From: an uncultured Planctomycetota bacterium
Lineage (GTDB): Bacteria; Planctomycetota; Planctomycetia; Isosphaerales; Isosphaeraceae
Reading direction: 5' to 3'
Length of the DNA: 64,000 nt
Assembly: GCA_963737655.1 (NCBI GenBank)
Contig: CAVTTN010000002.1
Coordinates: forward strand, 5,472,001-5,536,000
The notes beneath the pieces were generated by a model. The model was not told where the DNA came from. It saw only the letters and a program-made list of their open reading frames with translations, and ran no database searches. A program made the translations under genes and the position numbers. Positions within the stretch are counted from its first letter, which is position 1. Every line of letters begins with the position of its first letter. Of this stretch, positions 41,511 through 51,340 are shown piece by piece.

Positions 41511-42634
41511 TCAGAAGTCGGTGGCGCCGATGATCTCGCCGAAGGCCCGGGTCGAAAGCTTCTGGTAGACGCCGAGCTGGCATCCCGGGTTGACCGTGAA
41601 CACGTAGTTGTTCCAGGTCACGCCGTTGGGCGTGTTGCCGTGGTTGCTCGTGCCCGACTGGCCGAAGCTCCAGGAGCTCACGCCGTCCTTGACGAACTTG
41701 ACCGAGCCGTCGCAGAAGGCGAAGTTCGCCCCGCCGGGGTGCTGGCTCGTGGCCACGGTCGGGAACCAGTAGTTCGACGAGTCGCCGAACAGGCCGGCGC
41801 CGGGGTGCCCGGGATACCCGGCTTGATGTTCAGCGGGTAGTAGGTGGCGAACTGGGTATCGTACCACCGGCCCGAGTTCCAGGAGTTGTCCGACACGCCG
41901 TACTGGGGGTCATACTTCAGGAGCTGGCCGTGGCTGTGCTCGCCGAAGATGAAGGTGTTGCTGGTGCCGTCGGTGATGTCGGCGATGCGGATGGCGCTGT
42001 CGTTGTAGATCACACCATTGTGCATGTCGCGCTCGCCGGCGCCGTTGGAGCTATTCAGGTAGGTGTTGTTGTAGCCGAAGCCGAACGTCCCGGCGCTGCC
42101 GGCGTAGCTGGAGAAGGCCTGGAGCCAGGTCCCCGGGGGCAGGGGGAAGAGCTGGTTGAAGCTCCAGCCGGGCGTCACGCCGCTGACCGTCGGCTGGATC
42201 CCGACCGGGACGTTGTTCGTGTCGCTCGGGCAGAGGAGCGAGGCGACCTGGACGCCCGAGATCGTGATGTTCTCGACGTTCGAGGAGGTCAGGTTGAAGT
42301 TCGTCGCGTTGTACATCGGCATCTGCTCGAAGTACGGCAGCATGCGGACGAAGCAGCTGAAGTTCTCGTAGTACTTGTTCGGCGGGTTGTAGAACTGGCC
42401 GCTGTAGGAGTTGCCCGGGAAGCAGCCGTTGGTGTCGTGGTAGTTCTGGGCGGCCAGGCCCATCTGCTTCAGGTTGTTGGTGCACTGGGCCCGGCGGGCG
42501 GCCTCTCTCGCGGCCTGGACGGCCGGCAGGAGCAGGGCGATCAGGACGCCGATGATGGCGATCACGACCAGCAGCTCGATCAGGGTGAAGCCTCGGCGCT
42601 TCGGGAGACTCGGGGCGTTCGGGGGCGTCGTCAT
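41511..42634 (-). CDS. DUF1559 prepilin-type protein (frameshift near 41790)
   Basis: [48 protein letters not shown]. Confidence 0.92.
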
Positions 42635-43135
42635 GGGGGGCAGTTCCTCGGTTCGGAAGAGGGATCGATCGATCGGGCCCGTCGTCACGGACCTCGCGGG
42701 GGCACGTCGGATTCGGCGGGATGCCCCGAGGGGCCGATTCGGCGGCGGAGGGGTCGGGTCGCCCGACGATCTCGGCTCGGGCTGTCGGGCGTCGTCGTCG
42801 AGGCCGGCTGCGGAAGGGATCGATCGAGGCTCTACCGCCGGGGAGAGGTTCGGCGGCGGCGATGGACTTCGCCGGGCCGAGGAAGTTTAGCCGATCCCTC
42901 ATGAATATTGCGTGAAATTCTCGTGAATCCGGCGTGAACCGCCGAACGACCGGATTCTCCTCCGTATCGTGGGCGGCTCCCCACGGCTCGACCCCTCGCC
43001 GCGAATCCGCCTCGCCGGGGCGATTGTAGTCATGCATCTTGATGATTCGATGAAGACTCGGGGAAGATCGTCGGAGGGTTCTCGGCCGCCTAGAACGATC
43101 GTAGAACACACTCCGGACCTCGAAGGCGCCACCTC

Positions 43136-44518
43136 GTGACCGTTCCCGACGACCTGCTCGCGCCCCGGCCCGGGGTCCGCATCCTCCGAGGCGGCCCGCC
43201 CGACCCGTCCGGCCGGTGCGTCCTCTACTGGATGCAACGGGCCCAGAGGGGCCGGGATAACCCCGCTTTGAACCTGGCCATCGAACTCGGAAATGCCCGG
43301 AAATTGCCGGTGGTCGCGGTCTTTGGCCTGTTCGCGGGGTATCCCGCCGCGCAGAGGAGGCACTTCCGGTTCCTGGTCGAGGGGTTGCCCGAGACGAGGG
43401 ATGCTTTGATGGCCCGGGGGGTCCCCCTGGTCGTCCGGCTCGGCCCTCCGCCGGAGGTCGTCCGGGAGATCGTGGAGGAGGTCCGTCCGGCGGTCGTCGT
43501 GGGGGATGAAAATCCGTTACGAGTGCCGAGACTGTGGAGGGACGAGCTGGCCCGGGGCCTGGATGTGCCATTCGCGTGCGTGGATGCGGACGTGGTCGTC
43601 CCCTCCGACCTGTTCCCGAAGGAGGAATATGCGGCGAGGACCTTGAGGCCCAAGCTCCTCCGGGTCCGGGACGACTACGTGAAGCCGATCCCCAACCCCC
43701 GGAGCCGGACGCCCTGGCCCTCGGGCACCGAGCCGATGGGGGAGGCGGTCGAGGTCGATCCGTTGATGGCGAAATTGAAGGTGGGCGGGGTGGGCGAGGT
43801 CTCCGGCTATCGAGGGGGGACCGCCGAGGCGATGAGACGGCTCCGCCGGTTCCTCAAGGACCGGCTGCCGAGGTACTCGACCGAGAGGAACGAGCCCACG
43901 CCGTACCAGACGAGCGAACTCTCGGCCCACCTCCACTTCGGCCACATCTCTCCCACGACGATCGCCCTGGCCGTCCGGGACAGCGGCGAGGCGCCCGAGG
44001 ACATCGACGTCTATCTCGAAGAACTGATCGTCCGCCGCGAGCTCGCCGTGAACTTCGCGGCGAGGAACCCGGACTACGACCGCCTGGAAGGCTGCCCGGC
44101 CTGGGCCCTGCAAACCCTGGCCAAACACCGAGGCGACCCCAGGCCGGGCGTCACCCCGGCCGACCGCCTCGATCGCGGGGAATCGGCCGACCCTTTGTGG
44201 AATGCGGCCCAGAACGAGATGGTCCTGACCGGCCGGATGCACAATTACTTGCGGATGTACTGGGCCAAGAGGCTCCTGGAGCTCACGCCCGACGCCGAAA
44301 CGGCCTTCGCCCTGGCCGTCGAGTGGAATGACCGGTACGAGATGGACGGCCGGGACCCCAACGGCTACGCCGGGATCGCCTGGGCGATCGGGGGCCGGCA
44401 CGACCGCCCCTGGCCCGAACGGCCGGTGTTCGGGACGGTCCGTTCGATGTCGGAGCGAAGCACGCCGAAAAAGTTCGACTCGGCGGCGTATATCGCCAGG
44501 GTTCGCAACCTGATGTAG
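43136..44518 (+). CDS. phrB: Deoxyribodipyrimidine photolyase (class II)
   Basis: LYWMQRAQR..DNPAL, LHFGHIS, EELIVRRELA, MHNYLRMYWAK, DGRDPNGY. Confidence 0.92.
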   Translation: MTVPDDLLAPRPGVRILRGGPPDPSGRCVLYWMQRAQRGRDNPALNLAIELGNARKLPVVAVFGLFAGYPAAQRRHFRFLVEGLPETRDALMARGVPLVVRLGPPPEVVREIVEEVRPAVVVGDENPLRVPRLWRDELARGLDVPFACVDADVVVPSDLFPKEEYAARTLRPKLLRVRDDYVKPIPNPRSRTPWPSGTEPMGEAVEVDPLMAKLKVGGVGEVSGYRGGTAEAMRRLRRFLKDRLPRYSTERNEPTPYQTSELSAHLHFGHISPTTIALAVRDSGEAPEDIDVYLEELIVRRELAVNFAARNPDYDRLEGCPAWALQTLAKHRGDPRPGVTPADRLDRGESADPLWNAAQNEMVLTGRMHNYLRMYWAKRLLELTPDAETAFALAVEWNDRYEMDGRDPNGYAGIAWAIGGRHDRPWPERPVFGTVRSMSERSTPKKFDSAAYIARVRNLM

Positions 44519-44683
44519 GGTGCATGCAATGCACCAACCTTGCAGCGGCCCTCGGCCGCCCTCCGTTTCCCCTCTCCCTTCCCATCCGAGGGTCCGAGGG
44601 GAGAACAAGGAGGGCGGCCAATGGCCGCCGCATAATTGGTGCATTGCATGCACCCTACATCAGGTGCATTGCATGCACCCTAC
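44515..44683. repeat. REP triplet, variant GTAGGGTGCATGCAATGCACC
   Basis: Units at 44515, 44638-44658 and 44663-44683; provides the stops of both flanking genes. Confidence 0.9.
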
Positions 44684-45288
44684 GAGACTCCGTGTTCCTT
44701 CAGCCGTTCTCGGAGGTCGTCCAGGCCCTGGAAGAGGATGGCGTGGAGGCCCAGGGCGTGGGCGGGCTCGACGTTCAGGGGCCGGTCGTCGATGAAGATC
44801 GCCCGTTCCCGGCGGCATCCGGCGATCCCCAGGGCGTTCAGGTAGATGTCCTCGTCGGGCTTCACCTGTCCGAGGTAGCAGGAGGTGAAGAACGCCCGGA
44901 AGGTGGAGGCGAGGTCGAACTTGACGACCCGGGCCTCGTGGAGCTCCCGGGACTCGTTGTTCAGGGTGAACAGGCGGTACTTGTCCGACTTCGCCAGGGA
45001 GCGGACCCACTCCAGGGTGTCGCCCAGGAGTTCGGACTGGGCCTTCATGAACTCCTGGAACGCCTCGGGGGGGAACGGCCGTTCGCGATGGAAGACGGCC
45101 TTCTTGACGTAGGAGTGCAGGCTCAGGCGGCCGGTTTCGAAGGCCGTCTTGAGCATCTCGTGGCGGGTCTGGAACTCGGGGAAGTCCAGGCCGAACTCGG
45201 CGGCGGCCTTCTTCCGGGAGGCGGTGTCCCAGCCGTTGGTCAGGAGGACCCCGCCCACGTCGAAGAACAGGGTCGGCGAGTCGGTCAT
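44680..45288 (-). CDS. HAD family phosphatase
   Basis: FDVGGVL, LNNE, KPD, FIDD. Confidence 0.9.
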   Translation of the reverse strand: MTDSPTLFFDVGGVLLTNGWDTASRKKAAAEFGLDFPEFQTRHEMLKTAFETGRLSLHSYVKKAVFHRERPFPPEAFQEFMKAQSELLGDTLEWVRSLAKSDKYRLFTLNNESRELHEARVVKFDLASTFRAFFTSCYLGQVKPDEDIYLNALGIAGCRRERAIFIDDRPLNVEPAHALGLHAILFQGLDDLRERLKEHGVS

Positions 45289-46115
45289 CAGGGGTCCTCC
45301 GGCTCCGGGTCGTCGGGATTGAGGTAGGCCTCGGCTTCGAGGCCCTTGAGGTAGTCCAGGGCCTCGTCGATCGAGGGGACCGGGACGCCCGTCTCCCGGC
45401 CCGCCTCGTCGAGGTCCCTCAAGAGCACAAGATCCTCGAACGACTCGGACTCTTCAAGCGCCTTCTTCAACTTGGGAGGGATCGGCCGGTCGGGGCGGGC
45501 GAGCAGGTCCATGTGGTGCTCGACCAGCCACTGGGTCCGGGGGGTCAGGGTCCCCCGGAGCGCCTCGACCCCGGAGGCCACGTGGTCGTGGGGGTCGATC
45601 GCCTTGCCGACGTCGTGCAACAGGGCGGCCAGGAGGAATTCCTCGTCGTAGGGCCGCTCTCGGCGGGCCCGTTCGAAGACCTGGAGGCTGTGGTAGAGGG
45701 CGTCCCCCTCGGGATGCCACTTCGGGTTCTGCTTGACGGCGGCCAGGGGCTGGAGCCGCATCTTGTAGATGGCGAAGCGGTCGAGGTGGTCGGCCATCCG
45801 TCGCGGCTCCGGGGGATCGTCGGCGTCGGTGGGGCCCAGGTCCAGGGGGCGGCGCTCCTGGGCGAGTTCGCGGGCCTGGGCGAGGACCTCGTCATCGGAG
45901 GGGAGGTCGCCGGGCCGGACCGGGTGGCCCAGGACGGCGGCGGCCTTTCTCTTGGCGGTGTAAAACTCGGCCTCGGTCGGCCGGAGGGCCTCGAGGTCGC
46001 CGCCCTCGGGCAGGTCGGCGAGCAAGCGGCGGGCCGCCTCCCGGGCGATCTGCCGGCGGACCCGGTCATCGGCCCGGGGGGCCTGGAACCGCTTGCGGAA
46101 CTTGTCGGGCTTCAT
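45288..46115 (-). CDS. HD-domain protein
   Basis: HPEGDALYHS..AALLHDVGK..HV..HHM. Confidence 0.85.
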   Translation of the reverse strand: MKPDKFRKRFQAPRADDRVRRQIAREAARRLLADLPEGGDLEALRPTEAEFYTAKRKAAAVLGHPVRPGDLPSDDEVLAQARELAQERRPLDLGPTDADDPPEPRRMADHLDRFAIYKMRLQPLAAVKQNPKWHPEGDALYHSLQVFERARRERPYDEEFLLAALLHDVGKAIDPHDHVASGVEALRGTLTPRTQWLVEHHMDLLARPDRPIPPKLKKALEESESFEDLVLLRDLDEAGRETGVPVPSIDEALDYLKGLEAEAYLNPDDPEPEDP

Positions 46116-47299
46116 CGGGGGGTGGCCCCGACGGCCGAAGCTTGGGCGTCTCGGAGCATCAGCGCGACGGTCCTTTCGACGGCGAACCGGGCGTCGTAGA
46201 GGGCCAGCGCGGCCTCGCCCAGGGCCAGCCGGGCGGCGGGGTCATCCAGAAGGGCGTCGGCCCTCCGGAGGAAGGCCGGGGCGTCCTCGGCCGGCACCAG
46301 GGCCACGGCGCCGGCCTCGGCCCAGATCGGCTCGGTCAGGGCCCCGCTCGTCGTCAGCATCGGCCGGCCGTGGGCCAGGCCCGCCATCGCGCTGCCCCGT
46401 CGCGAGCTGATGCCGTCGGGGAACGGCTGGATCATCAGGTCGCACGCCTGGAGATGGAAGGACGCCTGGGTCGGTTCGAGCCAGCCGGTGGCCTTGACCC
46501 GGGGGGCCAGGTCCGGGGCCCGGCGGAGGACCTCCTCCGCCACGGACACCCCGCCCTGGCCGACGAGCAAGGCCGAGCGATCGGGCCGACCGGCCAGGAG
46601 GCCCATCAGGGCCTCGATCAGCCTCCGGCGGAGCCATGCCGGGCCGAGCGACCCGAAGCCCCCGAGGACCGTCCCGCCCTCGACGCCCACGCTCCGCCGG
46701 ATCGCCTCGACGGCCGCGGGCGACTCGACGACCGGCACGTTGCTGGGCACCGGCGCCCAGGAGATCGGCCGCCTCGGCCCCGTCTCCAGGCGCCGGAGCT
46801 TCCGCTTCCACGCCGGGATCGACACGTACGCCCGGGAGGCCGAGGCCAGGACGTTCCGGGCCATCCTCGTCTGGACGGCCGTCACCAGCCACCGCGTCGG
46901 CTTGTCGATCAGGGTCCACGGATAGGCGACTTCATGGAACATCGGCTGGATGCTGTCGCCGAGTTTCCTCCGACCGACCAGCCACCGGGAGAAACCCAGG
47001 TTCATCCCCTTGAACCCGAATTCGTTGGACACATACTGGACCGAGATCCGCCTCGGACCGGGGAACGCATCCAGCAACGCCGAGAGGCGGACAAGATCCG
47101 AGCGGCCCCAGCCTCCCGCCTCGCGATGGATCACCTCGCCGTCGGGGCCCCGGGAGGCCCCCTCGCGACCGCCCGTCCACACGTGGACTTCCTGGCCCGA
47201 GCGGGCCAGGGCCCCGGCCAAAAGCTGGCTGTAATCCGCCACGCCCCCATCCTCGGGCGGATAACGGCCGACGACGACATGCCACACGAGGAGAGACAT
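46112..47299 (-). CDS. Glycosyltransferase family 4
   Basis: GGVADY, MFHE, PFPDGISSRRGSAMAGLAHG. Confidence 0.8.
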   Translation of the reverse strand: MSLLVWHVVVGRYPPEDGGVADYSQLLAGALARSGQEVHVWTGGREGASRGPDGEVIHREAGGWGRSDLVRLSALLDAFPGPRRISVQYVSNEFGFKGMNLGFSRWLVGRRKLGDSIQPMFHEVAYPWTLIDKPTRWLVTAVQTRMARNVLASASRAYVSIPAWKRKLRRLETGPRRPISWAPVPSNVPVVESPAAVEAIRRSVGVEGGTVLGGFGSLGPAWLRRRLIEALMGLLAGRPDRSALLVGQGGVSVAEEVLRRAPDLAPRVKATGWLEPTQASFHLQACDLMIQPFPDGISSRRGSAMAGLAHGRPMLTTSGALTEPIWAEAGAVALVPAEDAPAFLRRADALLDDPAARLALGEAALALYDARFAVERTVALMLRDAQASAVGATPR

Positions 47300-47409
47300 C
47301 GCGAGGTTCGGGTCCGAAGGTAAGAGAGGCGAGAAGTCCGGGGAACCCGGACGGCTTTATCCTAAGAACGTCTCTCGGCGCCGGCAAGGCGCGGGGCACC
47401 CCGTCCGGG

Positions 47410-47598
47410 CCGTTTCCTCCTCGGAGGACGATTCTCCGGAAGAGTTCTGCGTGGCACGGGTTCCGTCTTCGGAACCCCGGGGAAAGGGCCGGCCCCGCCG
47501 CCCCCCCAGGACCAATCGGTCCTCGGTTCGGGACGGGCCACCTCGCTCGCCTGCGGATTCTCTAGAAACATGACCACGACCACCATCAAGGGAAACGG
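47410..47598 (-). ncRNA. Candidate structured RNA, 6S-like long rod
   Basis: About 190 nt with end-to-end pairing and G-U pairs that work only on the minus strand; see findings. Confidence 0.45.
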
Positions 47599-47697
47599 AA
47601 CGCCCAGGGGTTTTGTGACGGCCTTCCCGCCCCGTGAGGTCCATCCGAGACGCCGCGAACCGACGAGGACCCAACCCCCGGGCCTCTCCCAGTCCAC

Positions 47698-48303
47698 TCA
47701 ACCCCCGCAAAGGAACTCGGTGATCGACATCACGGCCCCCGAGGCCACGAACTCGCCGAATTGGTCCGCCTCGGCCTCCCGGTCGATCGCCCGGACGGCG
47801 TCGGCGACCACGACCACCTTCTGGCCCCGATGCAACAGCCCCATCACGGCGCACCGGACGCAATAATCGGTCGCCACGCCATAGACGACGAACGTCGGGC
47901 GGTCCCGGCCATAGCGAGCGACGACCCGGTCGGCGTCGGGCCGGGAGAACAGGTCGTACCGGGTCTTCTCCAGGGTCAGATGGGCGGGCAGGCTCGGCCC
48001 CGGGTCCTCGAACGGCCGGTCGGGGCCGAGGACCATCCCGCCGGGCCAGGCCGTCTCCGCGACCCTCTCCTGACCCGGAGTCCCCACCAGGCAATGCGGG
48101 GGGAACGGCTCGGGGTCCGCCTCGTCGAGCGAATGGGCGCAGGCCGAGGCCAGGATCGGGATGCCCCTGGTCCGGGCGAACCGCGTCAGACGCCCCAGAT
48201 TCCCCAGGATGCCGTCGGAGCCCGGGACGAACAAGGCCCCGGACGGCTCCAGGAAGTCGCGCTGGGTGTCGATGTCCACGAACACGAGTGGGCCGTCGAG
48301 CAT
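47698..48303 (-). CDS. Isochorismatase/nicotinamidase-like cysteine hydrolase
   Basis: DIDTQRDF..GAL, FPPHC..GT, EK, GVATDYCV. Confidence 0.88.
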   Translation of the reverse strand: MLDGPLVFVDIDTQRDFLEPSGALFVPGSDGILGNLGRLTRFARTRGIPILASACAHSLDEADPEPFPPHCLVGTPGQERVAETAWPGGMVLGPDRPFEDPGPSLPAHLTLEKTRYDLFSRPDADRVVARYGRDRPTFVVYGVATDYCVRCAVMGLLHRGQKVVVVADAVRAIDREAEADQFGEFVASGAVMSITEFLCGG

Positions 48304-49197
48304 GAAAAGACCCCGGGACGGTCGGTTTCGGAGCAGCGGGGCGAGGCCCCCTCCCCCGGCCCCATGATGCCGGGAGAGGGCCCGCGGCGGCAAGGCCGCC
48401 CTCGGACCGGGAGGGACGACCGGGTCTCGCCCTCGATTCCGGGAGGCCGGAATGGCCGGGCCCGGGATCGGGGCCGTCCCACGACGCGGGACCCTGTTCC
48501 CGGATCATCGCGAGCGAGGCCCCCCCACGATCACCCAATCCGTCGGCCGCGACGTCTTCATGGCCAACTTCATGAAATGAACGCACCACATCTTGTAATT
48601 TTGTGGATGAATCGCGACCGTGCGCCATGTCGCGCCCGGCGCGTGAATCGGCCCGATCACGCCGCGGGACGGCTCGCCGCATCTGTCGATGAAACCGGGG
48701 TTTGCGATTTTTGACAATAAAAATTTTGTCATGATGACCCGTCTCCGCGCACGAGTGACTGCGCACACGAATTCCCTGCAATTTCCGCCGTTTTCGCGAT
48801 TTTGCGGCGAAATGTGTAGTCAACTTCCTGCCGGGTGTCCCTCGCAGCGCCCTGATTGATCCAAGATCTGATTGTAAAACCACATTTTATCGAAATAGGT
48901 CCTGTCGAAGACCTCGGGGCCTCGCGAATCGAAGACCCCGGCGGGGTGAACGGCGGAGGAAGTCGGCCTGACCTCGGCGGGGAACTATTTATGATTTTGC
49001 GTTCATAAATCCTGGCAGAATCCGGACCGACGCCCTTCCCCACATTCTAGGAGATAGGTTGTGTGGAAACGACGCGTCCTCCCGGATTTCACATTCAGCC
49101 TATATTGCTCATTTACCCCATAATTCCGAGACCGCCGGCCGGGCGGGGCCAATCGTGGAATCGCGAGGGCCGACCGCCAAACTCGCTCCAGATGGAC

Positions 49198-49225
49198 TTG
49201 ACGGCCCCGCGGGGATCGTTAGGAT
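49198..49225 (+). promoter_or_regulatory. Putative sigma70 promoter of rplM-rpsI
   Basis: TTGACG-N16-TAGGAT about 90 nt before rplM. Confidence 0.5.
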
Positions 49226-49312
49226 AGGCGTTTCGACCCGAGCGGCGGCGACCCTGATTCGTTGCGCGCACGGAGGCAGGATTCCTTCCGTCCGTTAGGT
49301 GGTCCCACGGCG

Positions 49313-50053
49313 ATGAACTGTTTCCAGGCGAAGGCGGGGCAAATCGCCCCCCAGTGGTTCGTGATCGACGCGTCCGATCAAGTCGTGGGACGGCTCGCCG
49401 CCCAGATCGCGCCGATCTTGATGGGCAAGCACCGCCCGACGTACACCCCGCACATCGACACCGGCGACTTCGTGATCGTCACGAACGTTGATAAGGTCGT
49501 CTTCACGGGGAACAAGTGGCGGCAGAAGTCGTACCAGCGCTACAGCGGCCACCCCGGCGGCCAGAAGGAAGAGGCCGCGTGGAAGCTGTTCCAGCGCCGG
49601 CCGGCGCGGATCCTGGAGCTGGCCATCCTGCGGATGATGCCGAAGAACAAGATCGGCCGCCACATGATGGCGAAGCTGAAGCTGTACGTGGGCAACCAGC
49701 ACCCGCACCAGGCGCAGGCCCCCACGCCGCTTGAAGCCATGTCGGGCCGCCCGGCCGCCTCGGGCCTGATCCTCGCCCCGCCGAGGGTCGTCAACCCGCC
49801 GAAGCGGAAGGAAAAGGCCAAGGCGAAGCCCGCCGAGGCCCCCGAGACGACCGCGCCGGCCCCGACCGAGGCCGAGCACCAGCTCCCCGCCCCCGGCCCG
49901 GCCGACGAGCCGCAGCTGCCGGCGCCCGAGGCGTCGGCCCCGGCGGCCGAAGCCGCCCCGGCCGGCGAATCGGCCCCGGCCGCCCCGCCCGAGCCGGCCC
50001 CGGCCGAGCCCGAGGCCCCGGCCTCCGAGACACCTCCGCCCACCTCGGCCTGA
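49313..50053 (+). CDS. rplM: 50S ribosomal protein L13 with Pro/Ala-rich C-terminal extension
   Basis: WFVIDA..GRLA..GKHRPTYTPHIDTGD..HPHQAQ. Confidence 0.97.
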   Translation: MNCFQAKAGQIAPQWFVIDASDQVVGRLAAQIAPILMGKHRPTYTPHIDTGDFVIVTNVDKVVFTGNKWRQKSYQRYSGHPGGQKEEAAWKLFQRRPARILELAILRMMPKNKIGRHMMAKLKLYVGNQHPHQAQAPTPLEAMSGRPAASGLILAPPRVVNPPKRKEKAKAKPAEAPETTAPAPTEAEHQLPAPGPADEPQLPAPEASAPAAEAAPAGESAPAAPPEPAPAEPEAPASETPPPTSA

Positions 50054-50107
50054 ACCCCGACCCGGACGCCCCGAACGCCTTCATTTCCCGAGGATTGAGA
50101 CACCGCC

Positions 50108-50509
50108 ATGGCCACGGCCGAGAAGACGTACATCTGGGGCACCGGCCGCCGCAAGACGGCCGTCGCCCGAGTCCGCATCCGGGAGGGGACCGGCCAGTTC
50201 CTGGTCAACCACCTCGAAGCCGACGCCTACTTCCTCGTCGAGACCGAGCGCAACGCCATCCGAGGCCCCTTGCTCGCCACCGAGATGGCCGGCCGGGTGG
50301 ACGTGTGGGTCAACGTCGTCGGCAGCGGCAAGAGCAGCCAGTCCGGGGCCGTCCTGATGGGCCTCGCCCGGGCCCTGAAGGAATTCCGACCCGACCTGGA
50401 GCCGGCCCTCCGCCAGGGCGAGTTCCTCACCCGAGACCCGAGGATGGTCGAGCGGAAGAAGTACGGCCACAAGAAGGCCCGCCGCAGCTTCCAGTTCAGC
50501 AAGCGCTGA
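50108..50509 (+). CDS. rpsI: 30S ribosomal protein S9
   Basis: GTGRRKTAVARV..LTRDPRMVERKKYG..QFSKR. Confidence 0.98.
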   Translation: MATAEKTYIWGTGRRKTAVARVRIREGTGQFLVNHLEADAYFLVETERNAIRGPLLATEMAGRVDVWVNVVGSGKSSQSGAVLMGLARALKEFRPDLEPALRQGEFLTRDPRMVERKKYGHKKARRSFQFSKR

Positions 50510-50666
50510 GCCAGCCCGGACCATCGGGCGGACGACCTCCCACAACCACGGCCGGGACGCGCCTCCGAGCGCGATCCCGCCGTGGTTTTTCGTTGGCGGT
50601 CGCCGCGATTTCCGGGGAGAATCTCCGAGAAGGACGCCGGGCTCGAATCGTTCGGGGAGAGCGGCC

Positions 50667-51254
50667 ATGAACACCGAGGACCCGGCCGCCAGCGACCTGG
50701 GCGCGCTCGTCGACGCGGAGCTCGAACCGGGCGAGCGGGTCATCTGGTCCGGCCAGCCGATCCCGTCCCGCTACGCGCGGATGACCCTGCCGATCGTCCT
50801 GTTCGGCATCCCGTGGACGGCCTTCGCGCTGTTCTGGATGGCCGGGGCCAGCGGCTTCAAGGTCCCCGACTTCTCCAAGGGTTTCGACGTCTTCCCCCTC
50901 TTCGGCATCCCCTTCGTCCTGATCGGCTTCGGCCTGCTCTCCTCGCCGTTCTGGACGGGTCGCAAGGCCCGACGCACCGCCTACGTCCTCACCGACCGCC
51001 GGGCCTTCACGCTCGACGGCCACGCCTGGCGAGGGTTCACCGTCCGCTCGTTCGCCCCCGGGCGCCTGACCGACCTCAAGAGGACCCAGTACCCCGACGG
51101 CTCGGGCAACCTGATCTTCGCCCGGCAATATCGGGCCGATAGCGACGGGGCCCAGCACTCCACGGAAGTGGGCTTCTTCGCGATCCACGACGTCAAACAC
51201 GTCGAATCCTTGATCCGAGACCTCGTGAATCGGTCCAGGATTTCGGACGACTAG
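50667..51254 (+). CDS. Hypothetical membrane protein (possible bacterial PH-like domain)
   Basis: LEPGERVIWSG, two TM helices, YVLTDRR, GSGNLIF. Confidence 0.7.
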   Translation: MNTEDPAASDLGALVDAELEPGERVIWSGQPIPSRYARMTLPIVLFGIPWTAFALFWMAGASGFKVPDFSKGFDVFPLFGIPFVLIGFGLLSSPFWTGRKARRTAYVLTDRRAFTLDGHAWRGFTVRSFAPGRLTDLKRTQYPDGSGNLIFARQYRADSDGAQHSTEVGFFAIHDVKHVESLIRDLVNRSRISDD

Positions 51255-51340
51255 CCCGGCCAGGCCACAGGACCCAACCGGCCGAATCCCGCCCCTCGGT
51301 TTTCCGCGGACATTCGGCGCTCGCGCGCGAGGATCGGGGC

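Noticed and set aside
5513..44683. Repeated 21-mers as a CRISPR array
   Set aside because: Copies are dispersed inverted pairs, not direct repeats with regular spacers; no cas genes are present.
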